DNA of 61,509 nt, filler included, from Choristocarpus tenellus KU-1152 (Eukaryota > Protista > Phaeophyceae): the NCBI GenBank assembly GCA_964200185.2. It is 10 parts of 10 records of this genome, joined end to end, with 100 filler letters (N's around TTAATTAATTAA, not from the genome) between each part and the next. Parts side by side here need not be neighbours in the genome. Positions count along the whole stretch, not along the records: positions 48,541 to 61,509 come from CAXNAD020001628.1; 9 more parts are not named here. One strand, written 5' to 3'. How positions within the stretch are numbered: position 1 is the first letter of the stretch; every line of letters starts with the position of its first letter. Both the position numbers and the translations under genes were made by a program. Under the pieces are notes generated by a model. It was not told the origin of the DNA. It saw nothing but the letters and a program-made list of their open reading frames with translations, and did not search any database. Positions 49,019 to 61,509 of the stretch are shown here, one piece after another.

Positions 49019-51574
49019 ATGCTCGAAAAGGTGGAGGCATTGCTGGCCTCACAGGAGACAGATGACGAGATTGTGCAACATTTCAAGGAATTATACCAGG
49101 TGGGAGAGGGACTTTTTGCTCTAGGGGTTTTGCCTCTCTTGGCTTCTACCAATGTGCAGGCACTGTATCTTCCGCAATGCAACCAGAAGAATATGAACTG
49201 CTCTACATCACTCAGTGTGGCCTGGGCAAGGGGGTGGTTGTTTTTTGTTTCTACAAATGTGGTATTGTTGTGCCGTGTGTAGAGCTACAAAGTCCGATTG
49301 CTGTGATGGCACAGACCATTCCAATGAAGTTGTTTACCAGTCTACACCACATAGCTTGCTATGGGTGAAGTTGGTGCGGATAATTGATTTAAAAGAAGAC
49401 GATATGAAAATATTTTTTCACCACTCCAACCCTCACTCACTTATTCGCCTCTCCCACTGTGCTTCTGAACTTAAAAGAAGAAAAAAAATGAATATACCCA
49501 CTTCATCTTGTGAGAGATTGTTCCCCTCGACAGCATCTCACATCGCTTCCCTTTCAAGTCACACACCTAAGTACTGCCATCCCTTATCTTATCTCTACTG
49601 GCAGAGGATTAAACATGCTGAAGGTGAAAGAGACAGGTGAGCAACCTCTCCCCTCTGTATGCCACATTTCCTTCCTTGGCAGTTACTATGTACTGACATG
49701 TCTCTTTTCGCAATCAAAAATTCGAAATATAGTATCAGGAATTCATGTATGTATAGAAAAGGGTTGGTTCCAATAATGGCTGCACTTGTCCTTGCCCACC
49801 GGCTACTGCTCTATGTTCATTTTGCTTCAGTAGTGCACAAATTCGTTCTAGGTTGTATTTAGTTGAGCCATCCAAGAAACCAGTGACTCAATAACCAGTC
49901 TGATTTGGAGGCCATCTTCTTCGACGCATTATACACTGGGTCTGGGTAGATGAAAGGCATTCTTCAAACCAAGAAGGACAATTATGATACTGACGCGTTA
50001 CACTTCTCACAAACTCTTGACACTCCATAATTGCAACCTTACAATCTGAATGCTTTGCAATCTACACTCCTCTAGGTTGAGGCGCCTTCACTCGAACATG
50101 GTCACGCCTGACTTCACCATTATCCTAATCAGTAATAATTCGTTTCGTATATTGCCCTGCTGTCAACCATCACTGTTATCATCACTGAGAAGAGTTTTGT
50201 TTTGTTCAAAACACACCCATGACTATGACAAACGCCCCTGTGCCTTGACCTTGACCGATCTGGGTCAATCCCAATGAAACGATGACTGCTGTCCCTAATT
50301 TTAGAATCGAAGCCCAGCTGATAGAGACTCGGTCCCAGATTGTTGAGGCAGGACGGACCTTTGAAGATATATTACTATCTTGCCAGGAGGAGCTTCAAGA
50401 GAGTAAGAAGAGGGTACTGGATTTGACTCGAGAACTTGAAGAGAGTCGACATTGTGCTGCAGCAAAGGAAAATGCTGGTAACCTCACACCAGCAGTGATC
50501 AAATTAAGTTCAGCAGTGTACAACATGAACTGTAGTAGTCAGGGTATTGGAAGTGCACAGGCCAAGGATGATGAAGAGCAAGCTTCTTATAAGGAATGGC
50601 TCTCTGTCCAGAGAAGGGCCATTCAGAGCAGTGGGGAGAATGGCGACCAGGTGCTCCCTACAGAAGAGAGATTTGGCGGAGATGGGGGTGATGGGGGCGT
50701 GGTTGAATGCTCTATTCCACACCAATCCACTGATTCTGGTCTTCATTTCCCATGTAGAGGCAGTACCAGTTCTGTCTTGGCTAGGGTGTGTGGTGATGAT
50801 GTCAAAGGTGTTTCTGCTGACATGGTTGAGACCACGACCTTTCTCAATGAGAATGCTGTTCAAGTGGACGAAGTTTCCCCTTTGTCAGTTGGAGAAAAAC
50901 CTCTTGAGAGCGTAAAGGACAGTGAAGTATCTGGCAGGGATTGGATAGCAAAAGGTCAAGACTATTTGTATGATATTCAAGATTGTGAGGAGGAAGCTTC
51001 TATGTGGGTAGGAGGTGAAAAAAATTGTACAGAAGCAAGACGAAATACCAGAGGGCCGTGTGGCACCGATATAGCAACAAAAAGTTTGGGAAATAATGTC
51101 CATCAAGGTTGTCATAACATGAAGTCTGCTACAAACATGATGGAGGCAGTCAAGGCTCATCTCCATAGTCATCACTGCCATCCTCTCCCAGTAAGGCCAA
51201 GTGAGAAAAGGGATGCTGGTAGCAATGCAGAGGGCGGGTTGCTGGAAACGGCATTGACACCCCCTGCTACTGAAAAGATATCGCCATCAGTGTCCCCCAT
51301 GGCTCAAGCTCCGTGGCCGGCGAGGGTTAGTTTCCAACAGAAACACGAACCAAGTGTGCATGACAATGATAGAGAGAAACACAAGGGTCAAAATGAATGC
51401 AGCGGTGATAATACCAGCTTATGTACGAGGAAGGGAGTTGGAAAATGGGAAGAAGAAGACGGTGACAAAGAGGTAAGGCTGAGAGTAGATGCTGTAAGGA
51501 CCATGGGAAACGATGGAGGAGGATTATTGTTGGCTAGCAATGAGGAGGAGGATAGGGAGGGTGACAGAGAATAG
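49019..51574 (+). CDS. Three-exon hypothetical protein (~460 aa) with N-terminal coiled coil and disordered C-terminus; exons 49019-49099, 49605-49636, 50305-51574
   Basis: Canonical GT-AG junctions in consistent phase: MLEKVEALL...KELYQ|RIKHAEGERDR|IEAQLIETRSQ...LQESKKRVLDLTRELEE; total length 1383 nt is divisible by 3. Confidence 0.75.
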
Positions 51575-54500
51575 AATGAGGAGGCAACAAAACGTAGTAC
51601 ACCCACTCTCCAGAATATAGTAGGGTAATGCACGCCACAGAGGGGGGTGAAGAAGTGCGACTAAATAATAATTTGGTAATATGGGATTTCTCATACCACT
51701 CATCAAAGGCATACCACAGCTTCAGCACAGAGGTACTGCCACTATAAGAAAGCTTGAGGATGATCCATGTTGGAAGAAGTGTCAAACAGGAAACACCTAG
51801 TTCAGTTTCCACAATCCTCACTGATCGCTACAATCAGGGAAAAAAATTGCAATAGTGGAGAACTCATTAGCTGATAATCCCCTCTGCTCACAGCGAAGAA
51901 TGGTGCCAGGGGAGTACGTGATGGCTCCCACACTCCAGCAGGGAAATAATATGGTAGAAATGTTCACAGACCCACCTTCGTGTTCTCAAAAGGTGACAAC
52001 AACTGGTGACGTCTTGGGAGGGTCTGATTCTTCAAGCTGGAAAGGTAATATTTCCAGATGGAGTGGAAGGGCTACTGGAAAGAAGGCTGTCTTCAAGCCA
52101 ACCAGCACGTCCCGCAGAGGAAGGAGATGGACAAGGGCGGGGGGGGAGGGTGATATAACATGGAGAGAGGAAGGAGTAGTGGAAGAGCCAGGACCCAAGG
52201 CGGAGGGTTTTTCGGTGGGTGGAGGCAAGAAGAAGGCATCCAGGTGGGGTCATTCCCTGTCACCCTCTTTGTTTCTTCGGAGATGCAGGTCAACATCTCC
52301 AGGAATTAATGGACGGCCAACGTAGGCAAGGTTTGCCGGATCAAGTAGTGTGCATACGTGTCACAAGACCAAGTAATACAAGATGAGTATGCTCGGCGTA
52401 TACTACTTCACGCAATTCAAATGGTCGAATAATATAATTGTGGAGGTAGGTGGGGAGAGGGTTTCCCGGTGTTTTTATTTTTTGCTTCATATAGATGAAT
52501 TGGTCTCTTGGCTGCTTCTGACGAGTTGATAGTCTGGAAGGAAGGGTCTGCAACTCCACCATTTTTTTTTTTCATTTTTTTTTCTATGCATTTTTTTACC
52601 TCTTGAAATTTCTTTTGAATTATCATTTTCGCTCTATATTTTTTTCTCTTTTTTTCCATCTTTTTTTTTTTTTGCAATCTTTTTACAGTGGCCCCCCCAG
52701 ATAATGTAAGTTAATTGTGAAGCGCACCAGAGCTTTTCTAGTCCAGGCAAAGCAGATTGTAAGGTGCATTTTTCAGTCCGGTTTTCTTCTTGCGCGATGG
52801 GTGCCTCCCAGAATTTCGGTGTCCACACCCATGTGTAATGATAAGTACAGTAAGGGATCACACCATACTCTCTATGACAATTACCCATAGATTGCCAGGA
52901 GGGAAGTTCCTGCTGTCAAACATCATGTTTTGTTCTTACATTTCTTTTGCACAAACTTTCCATTATTTTTTATATATTTTCTCAGAAATTTCTTGTTCAT
53001 GTAAGGTCACTGCATGCTCACGTACTATATTTTCCCGTCCTGTGTGCAAGATCCTCCCTCCATCGCTAGAGCTATTTTGCTAACCTAGCCAATCTCATCT
53101 GCCCTTGTTTAGTGCATATGGTTGAAGTCTCCACTTCTTGCCTAAGACTTTGCTCTCAATAACTCTTCAATTATGATGCGCTAAGTGCTTGGAAGACCTG
53201 CGAAATGATTAGTTGACACTTAGCTACTTGTCTTGGAAATTTGAACCACATCCAAATTTTGGCAGCATTGACTCTAAAACCAAGTAATGTACGAAAGCCT
53301 TTTACAGTCACAAAAAAGATGTGTCAACAATGTGTATGTGCAGTATATGTCCTCATTCGTTTCTTGACACCCCATCGAAAAAGGTTACTTTCTTGTCTTT
53401 TTATCGGATATGTTTGTCATAATTTTTGTGATGAGATTTTTGTTCACATTGTCTGTTGCATCGTCTGTGTGTTGGTTTTGCTTTTCTGACCACACAACTA
53501 TGCCGCAACCATTGAAACAATTTGTGCATCATGAGTTTCATTCTCCATCACACACAACCTTACTTCGTTATGCACAACATAGATTTTCATGTGTTTATTT
53601 TTGGTCGTTTAAAAGATTTGCTTACACTCTACTATCTGTACTGTCAAGGAAAGGAGAGGGAATTCTGCAACGACTTCTCCATTTTCATCTTTGCCAATTC
53701 CTCACCATTATATCTAAACCTCGCTAAGCCTCATGTGTTTTTCCTTCATATCCTTCAATGAATGTGACAAGACAATCCTGTATCACAAGGTCAATTTCTC
53801 TTCCTCAGTCACGCACACACAAAAGGAAAGAGATCCTTCCTCACAACATTGAGAACCCCTTTTAAAACTGAAAACAACTAAGTAAGCATCCTCTTTGGTG
53901 ACTTTGTCGCTTATTTCAAGACACGCGGTCAAGTACCTACGCATTTCACCAAATTTCTTTTCAATTGATGGTGTTACCATTGCCTTAATCCTCATCCAAC
54001 CAAACTGGAAAAGGTATAGGAGTATGGTAACAATTTGAAAATTAAGGTCCCACTAACTTTTACAAAAGAGCTCGAATATAAGGTTCGATTTGGCTATGGA
54101 AGGTGCAAAAAATGCAGAATGAAGGGACAGGATTGGTAACAAACCAGGGCTATGATTCGCAATCAGCCATCCTTTCTTAAACGTGGGAGCCGTTGGGTAT
54201 TTTGATTCTCTTTGACTGCCTTCGGGTACTTACGCTTCTAACAGTCTGGACAGCAACTTCATGCTAATATGGATACATCATGGGCATATATATAATAATT
54301 AAAATATAATAATTGTTCATCTCCTAATCTACCACACAGGTTATGGACGATTGGTTACATGCAATATTAGGTATGGGAAATGAGGAGTCAACCAGAAGAG
54401 TAAGACTGCCTAAGATACAACAAAAAAAAGGACCTCATATAAATTAATCTTCCTATAAGAATTGGACGGCTCCATATGGGTGTAAAGCATTGGGCGATCT

Positions 54501-55938
54501 TTTACCTTTACCCATCATCCGAAAGAGATACTTGACGAGAACAGTAAAAACAGATACCCTTATTGTATAGAAGAACAGGTTAAGTAATTTGTGAACCTTC
54601 ACTGCTACAGGTGTAGAGACTATGATGATATATGGTACAAGTAATGGTTCTATAAATATATCACACTGTTCGATAATAGAAGTCACATTGTGAGCTTACA
54701 GTGCAAATATTTGGACTAAGATTTTTTATTTTATATTTCATTCAGACACACCTGTGTAACCTGCCCACTCCCTGCCTAAACCGATTACACTATCCAACGA
54801 TCAAATTCAGTCCTCCATATACTAGGACTGTCCATCAGACATCTTCTCCAACCTGTCTGTGTTCTAGAGCAATGAGCCCATATCATGCAAATTCGGTTAA
54901 TTTAACATGGTTCAAATGCATACCCTTTGAAAACGGAATGTAAATGAGAGAGAATGGAAGAAATGAATGTCGAGCCTTCACCATCCTACCATGTATATTT
55001 CATTGAATAATTACTTACAGAAAATATTGCTAACAGATCACTTTTTTAGTATCATACGCATACACCTATTATATAACCTGGTAGACAAATTAGAGTGGCA
55101 GTCATGGTATCATCCTCCATTCGCAGAAAATGGGAAGATAGGGTTGATTGTTTCCATGAATTCCCCCACCCATCACGTCACAACTCACCGAACATCACAA
55201 CAGACATCAAAGAAACAAATCATTGACCGTGACCGCGTGCCAAAGAATTTCCGCGCGTTATTTGAAATTTCGAATTTCAGTTCAATATATATCCAGTCAG
55301 AATTTGGAGTTTGAAGGTTATTCCGATTGTTTGGATCTTCATTTGGTATCTGTAGAGGAGTATTGTACTTGTAGAGAGAGAATGTATATATCTAACTTCG
55401 TTGATAGTACAAAAAAATATTGGTTCGGGAATAAATCCATCCATAAAAAATATATGTTTTTCCAGATGGTTTTTTGTTGTCCTCAAGTATTTAAATATAT
55501 ATATATATATTATCCATGATAGTCACCAGAATAAAGAGACTACTTTATTCTGTTCCTACATTTATATAATGTAGAAATAATTTGAAAGAAGTACTTAAGT
55601 TCTGACATTGTTGTATCTTGCTGAGGCAACGAATTGATCCGATCCATCACCGATCTCAAATTACCACAACATCTATCTAATAGTATAATTAATGGCGTTA
55701 AGTACTACCACAGAACTTCCATCCAATGTTATTTTCTTGTCTATCAATTCGTTCGATGTTCCTTACAAATTCCAAGCTTTCCCCATATCTCCAACTTTCT
55801 CTCGAAAACATCAACGATGGAAAAATACTAGGTATGGGTACGTTCCATGAAAATTGCACATTCACTTCTAGGTTAAGAGGGTGTAAATTCTGAAGCAGTG
55901 GAGGTTGACGAGGTCTTAAGTGGTGTAGACACACGGCC

Positions 55939-56790
55939 ATGTTGACAAGGAAACAGAGATGGAGGCGGCAGATATCACGAAAGAATATGACTGCCGAACA
56001 CCAGTTTCCCCTCTTGACCCCTGCATCTAAAGGGTCAGGTTTGTCGAACTTCATCGATTTCTTTCTGAGCCTATTTTGCCTCAACAACAGGCCTACGTTG
56101 GAAGGTACCTCTGACAAGCCCTTCGTCAAGTCTTGCATCAAGACTTCTGTCAAGTCTGGGGAAAGAGTTGCAACGTTGAATGTTCAACGCAGTTCTCGGA
56201 CAGACCATGTGAGCTTTTGTCCAACAGCGCAAGTGATACATATTGAGTGTCGATATAAGTTCGTCGACCTTTGGTCACGACTCTATTGGCAACCTCACGA
56301 GTTGGATGGATTTCGCCGAGAAGTGATGCGCGAGCGCCATTTAAGCAAACAGGTTGGCGAGCGAGAGACAAGCCGGATGGCTCAGGAAGACTACGAGTCA
56401 GATGCCTCTGTTCAATTTGAGGCTTCGGTTCAAAATATTAAGGACTGTGGCCCTGCAAGAGGGGGGTTGATGGATAGTGATCATTTCCCTGCTGGCGCTC
56501 TTTCCTTGACTGATTTAGCAACCTGTTATTCAGCGGAGACGTTGATTGGTTGTCCCTGGGGCGAATCCATATTCGCATTTGAGAACGACCTGGAGGTGGA
56601 GGGAGTGAGCACCTCGGAGGACTCTTCGATGAGGAAAGTCTCCACGGAGTGTGCGCAAGGAGCTCGTTTTACCGACATTGGGTTGTGCTTGTCGTACAAC
56701 CCGCCACTACCTCGAGATCCAAATAATCTTTATTTCCGTCCAAATCCCTCAGGATCTGGTGGGCACTGGGTCTATTCTACGTATGGATAA
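55939..56790 (+). CDS. Single-exon hypothetical protein (283 aa)
   Basis: Long ORF in otherwise ORF-poor sequence; VSFCPTAQVIHI...LYWQPHELDGFRREV resembles the V.F...V..I...WY...E...FR motif I recall from stramenopile hypothetical proteins. Confidence 0.6.
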   Translation: MLTRKQRWRRQISRKNMTAEHQFPLLTPASKGSGLSNFIDFFLSLFCLNNRPTLEGTSDKPFVKSCIKTSVKSGERVATLNVQRSSRTDHVSFCPTAQVIHIECRYKFVDLWSRLYWQPHELDGFRREVMRERHLSKQVGERETSRMAQEDYESDASVQFEASVQNIKDCGPARGGLMDSDHFPAGALSLTDLATCYSAETLIGCPWGESIFAFENDLEVEGVSTSEDSSMRKVSTECAQGARFTDIGLCLSYNPPLPRDPNNLYFRPNPSGSGGHWVYSTYG

Positions 56791-59700
56791 GAGGCAACAG
56801 CGAACCGATGGGGATAACTACTGTGGGCTGAGGCCGTACAGGAAATATTTTCCAGACGGTTGTGCTAGCTGGACAACCGCGGGCTCTTCCCGCTAGAGAG
56901 ATGTGTCACCTGCACGACAGAGGGGGTAAGGGGGTGACGAAAAGGAGTAACGGAATTTTCCTTGATGCTGTAAATTGTGTAAAAAATGGTTGTGTCTCAT
57001 TCACTCATACCTTAAATTTTGTGAAAGGCTCATGTGTAGATATTGAGGTGGCTATAGGATTAAGGAGTGGGAGGCTTCTTTCTTGTCTGTCTGTCTATAT
57101 ATAGGCCACCTGTTGTAATGGATGTGCATGCCATTTTTTTGGCATGATTTCTGAAAGAGGGAAAAAGGATGGTGGGAGGGTGGAGTCACTGCTACTGAGA
57201 TGCAGTTATAGTTAAGTTATTGGACTTTTTTCAGGTTGTTTTGTTTTCAATCCTCAGCACCTAGCCTTTCTGTTCGAGACAGTCGAGGAAGGAGGCCGAG
57301 AGTTGGACAGAGGGTTAAATGGGTATGAAGGTGCCTGAGTCCTTTATGAGAAAGTAGAGGTTAGGCAGATGTTTGAAAGATACTCACTGTTGACTGCATG
57401 CAGTTAGTTTTTCACACTTCCCAGGATGTAAGACTTCTTTACCCTTCTGTTCTACCCTTACCCTGTTCCAGTCATTTTGCATTGTCATGTTGACCAAATG
57501 CAGGGGGAAATGAGTGGTTTATGTGTTTTGTTTACTGTTATGGGAAGACTTTTGCCCAACTGTTTGTGAGGTGTGTGTATATTGCAGTAAGGTTATGTGG
57601 AGAAAAGATGCTTCAACTAGGGGTGATGTGAGTTTTGGCATTTCAAGCAAAGCGATTTTGATGGGTTGAAAAGCAATTTTTGATGGTGGCGACCGTCTGC
57701 ACCATACACGCTCTGTTGATACCATTCGCTTTATGTGCTTGTATGGTTTGTTAGATCATGTAATGTGGATCAAGGGGGAGAGACAAGTTTGTGTTGTTAG
57801 GGATGGCCCACATATTTGAGAGGCTACCATTACCATGTCCTTCAACTGTCTGTCTGGTATATTTCTCACAAGAGGCGACACCTTGTATGTGCCCCACAAG
57901 TGTGTCAACTATAAATAGGTACCCGTGTGTGTGTGTGTGTGAAGATGTCATACTGTGACAATGAAGTTGGGTTTTTTCGTTAAGACAATCGCTCTAGAGA
58001 TGATAGACTCGTAGGGTTGATAGAAGTCATTGTAGTATTTTTATCTGGTGCAAGGATGATCTGGAGGGGTGTGTTGTCTTGTTCCCTGTGCTCGGCACTT
58101 ATTTTCTTGTCAGCGTATTACAGTGTGCGTGCATTATTGGTGCTTCCGATGCAGGACCTGAGTTGGCTTTTGCTTTGCAATTGTTTTTGTTTTTGTTCTG
58201 TGTGACTCTTGTGGGAGCACAACCCTTGCTGGCAGATGTTTTTATGATCTGTCTTTCCTGCATGCAACACATTTTTTTTCTTTTCTCTGACTAATGCACT
58301 GTTTATTTGTTGTGGTGCAAGGGGGGGGACTGATATGTGGGGCCAATAAATGATCCCATTCTTGGCCCTTCAAGCACTGTCAATGATTTTTTTTTTGGGT
58401 GGCTTTTGACAACCCAAAGTTGGTTGATGTGAAGAGGGGTGTATCTTTTTATTGTGTGATATTATACTGTATTGCAGTAGTTACAAACAGTGTGCCTGCT
58501 CTTTGCTGCTAACACAACAACTAAACTTTTTCAACATCTTGATACTTCTGATTGAATGCCGTCATGTGTGTGCCGATATGCACAGGCTGAAGATTTCAAG
58601 ACATGGATTAGGGTACTTTTTCTTCTTCTAATCATCTCCGTACAGGAACTATTTTTTTAATCCTACTTTTTCACCTCTCTCTTCAACCAAAAAACACCTT
58701 ATTACACTGATGCATTTATCGACAAGGCACCACTCCAACTGAGTGGCATCGCTCCTGTGACACATGTACTTAGGTGCTTACACCTGACTTAATCTGCTTC
58801 CTTGTGTGTATTCTTACTCTTAGGGAGGTAATCCATTGACTTATTCCCATCGCTCCAGGGTGTTGAAGTCGTAAGCAGAACCTCGAGTAGGTTTTGAGAG
58901 TTGCGGGTAGGACACACTTGTGTCCTCTCCAGGGAGGCATTCTTAGGCACACAAGAGAGATATTTAGGAACAGTGGAGCAGACAAAAATATTCCTCTCAC
59001 CCTTGCCTCCTGAAGCCAGGTTCAAACATCAAGATGCCACTGCTATTGGCCATTTTGCAATGGCAACACTTTGACAATAGGTACGTACTGGAGATGTTTC
59101 ACTGCATAAAATACCCCCTTTTTAGTATTTTTATGGGTGGAAACAGGAAGAAAGGTATAGCAGACAGGGCTGGAAGCGGTGTCGTTTGTGTGTGGAGAAC
59201 TGCACCCGTTGCCAGAATTCCCCCCACCCCCACTACATTATTGATGGCATATTTCGTAGGAATCGACTACATGTGGTACCAGAACAAACTTCTTCTAGTC
59301 TCTTGGGGTGTCCATTGCCTTCAAATATCAGTCAGCTCTCTTTGTTCGCCCTCGCCTCGTAGGTCCATGTACACCTGCTATTGCAGCAGGTAACCTGAAA
59401 AAAGTACTGATGGCGTTACTGTAAGGATGGCAGCAATGAGTGTATCGGGGGGGGGGGGTTGTCTTTGTGTTTTTATTGTGATGATGAACGATGAAGGCAT
59501 GGTTAAGCACAATATTAAAGGAAGCGTTAACAGAATTCCCTCTTCTTGTTCTTCCTGTTAAGTCCTTGTTTACATACGATGTCAACAACAGGCTCATCCT
59601 CAAGAGTTGGTGCTGTTGTCTGTGCGTCCATCTTGGAAGCAATCCCGTACACCTTTCTCGTGTGGGTGATGGTGCTTGTACTTATTTAGAGTGTATGCAT

Positions 59701-59934
59701 CTGCATGTACCATGTTCTCTGTAGTAGAAAGCACAGTGCAAAAATAATATTAAAATTCATCGGCAGTTGTTGCTCTACTTAGTAATTGGTTTCCTGTTTC
59801 TTACGTAAACCAACACAAGAACATCCTTACTTCAGGACCATATAGAAATATTGAAGAACACATTGAAACAGCAGTTACTCATTTGTGATCATATTTGTAC
59901 CACAGAGCTTTTTGACCCCAGAGTAACATTTCCT

Positions 59935-61440
59935 TGAAAAAATTTTTTGGCTGACTGTTGAGTTCTGTGAGACGGAACTGAAATGTAATTTTCTCATGCA
60001 TACTTTATTTATCACTGGTGGGGAGGTTGTTGAAATGAGTCCTTACCTCACTCTGTGTTACGCACCTACATCCTATCCTTTGGCATGTTAAAAGAGATTA
60101 AAAGAGCACTCTTTTATTGTCCTTCTGTACCTGCCTCATCTGTTGTTGGGATGACTGGTGCGTAAGAGTATATGTGATGAAGACTTCTTGTAGGTGCCAA
60201 ATGGTCAACAAAACAACAATGTGATCCTATTCCGAAAAAAGCACAATTGTATAAAAATCAACACAATGATCATCTTTCTGAAAAGATACCGTTGAGGAAA
60301 ATATTTGTTATAGAGTTATTAAAACCTCTTTGTCCACTAAATGAATATTATTTTATCTGTATCTATGATGTCACTGACTTCAAAAATAGTTCTCTAATAT
60401 GTGTTTGAGGTGGTGTGTTAGTCCATTATGTTCAAGGTGAAGTGGAAAGGGATGAAAAATATTATGAGAATAGTGACCAAGCAGTTTTCGAACTATTTCT
60501 AAATCATGAAAGAAATCTGTTTATATCTGTAACACCGAATAAACCCTGAATATAGTGAATCAAGAATTTTAAGGGAATTGTAACAGGCCTTTTTGCTCCT
60601 GAATGGTCATTTTCGGATAGACTAAAATGTTATTGATTTTATAATGTTCCTCTTTTGTGGAATAGGACAACAGTATGCCATGACCAATTGGTATCTAGAA
60701 GAACTTTCGTCATAGAAGAGCCAACAGTTGTAATTTTACCAAGCTTGAATCATGAATCATACACATCCGTCCACTTCCAGTCCAACCCACCTTGCTCATT
60801 CCAGCATCAAATATCTTCTGAGACATTAGTCACCATAACGACAAGGAAGCACTGCATATAGATATGCGTGGAATATAGTTGACCTAGCCTTCCCAAACAT
60901 GTCCATGTTAGGACCAATAAAGCATAGTGGTGATTAGTTTGTCGATTTTAGGGGCAAAAAGTACTAAATATGAGAGTAGTGATGAAACATTCTTGGAACT
61001 ATTTCTGAAGTCAGTGAAATCATAAATATAGAGAAAAAAATCATTTAGTGGACAAAGAGGCTTTAAGAACTGGAACAAATGTTTTCATTGAGCCAGATGG
61101 ATCACAACTGTGTTGATTTGTATAGCATTGCGTTTCTTTCGGAATAGAATCATGGTATTGTTTTGTTAATCGTTTAGCTTCTAGAAGAATACTCATCGCA
61201 TATACTTTGACATACCAGTCACCCCAACAGCAGAGTGAGGTAGGTGTAGAGTAGGACAATAAAAGAGTGATCTTTATCTGTTTTAACATGCCAATGGATA
61301 CCGTGTGTGTGTGTAAAATAAAGTGAGATAAGGACTGATTTCAACAACCTCGCCACCACTGATAAAATAAAGTATGCATGAGAAAATCACATTTCAGTTC
61401 CGTCTCACAGAACTCAACAGTCACAAAAAAACAATTTCCG
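59935..61440. mobile_element. ~1.5-kb non-coding element with ~130-bp terminal inverted repeats (59935-60068, 61303-61440) and an inner inverted pair (~60331-60400, ~60985-61054)
   Basis: TGACTGTTGAGTTCTGTGAGACGGAACTGAAATG...CTCATGCATACTTTATTTTATCA is the reverse complement of 61360-61423; inner TGTCCACTAAATGA / TCATTTAGTGGACA. Confidence 0.85.
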
Positions 61441-61509
61441 AACCCAAAGTTTCTGGGGGGGGGGGGGTCTACACCAGGGTTTCCTTTTGGTCCTAAATCA
61501 AGAAAAGCG
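61441..61509 (+). mobile_element. MITE copy, truncated by the window end
   Basis: AACCCAAAGTTTCTGGGGG...GGTCTACACCAGGG. Confidence 0.85.

Noticed and set aside
1-61509. tRNA, rRNA, Fanzor/TnpB or giant-virus genes
   Set aside because: GTTCGA hits lack cloverleaf context, and no RuvC or NCLDV hallmark motifs were recognised by eye; tRNAscan-SE, Infernal and HMMER runs would be needed to exclude them formally.

Overview
Eukaryotic, repeat-rich draft-genome sequence, not prokaryotic. It consists of ten contigs joined by identical 100-nt spacers (N44-TTAATTAATTAA-N44), so adjacency across a spacer is not guaranteed. Spliceosomal introns, short TTAGGG arrays and a heterokont-style bZIP suggest a stramenopile, plausibly a brown alga or close relative (inference). 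Host genes: an intronless 981-aa protein with two bZIP domains; fragments of a CxxC thioredoxin-like gene, a PTM/DIR17-type Tudor-domain gene and a probable MidA-like methyltransferase/TPR gene with a GC-AG intron; a 3-exon coiled-coil gene; a single-exon hypothetical gene; and a disrupted sulfotransferase-like gene carrying a 270-bp inverted duplication. Mobile DNA dominates: decayed Ty3/Gypsy, Ty1/Copia, RTE-LINE and possibly Penelope-like remnants, an intron-containing PIF/Harbinger transposase pseudogene, and an abundant ~186-bp MITE family with G-tract TIRs and 3-bp TSDs that coincides with many contig ends. I found no CRISPR, rRNA or tRNA, and I cannot show a clearly new biological system. 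The best leads are (i) the Harbinger/MITE family with a candidate autonomous partner, (ii) the double-bZIP gene with a cluster of bZIP-type motifs upstream, and (iii) a gene-derived long hairpin whose arm differences suggest CpG methylation. All protein family calls come from motif recognition by eye, not from database searches.
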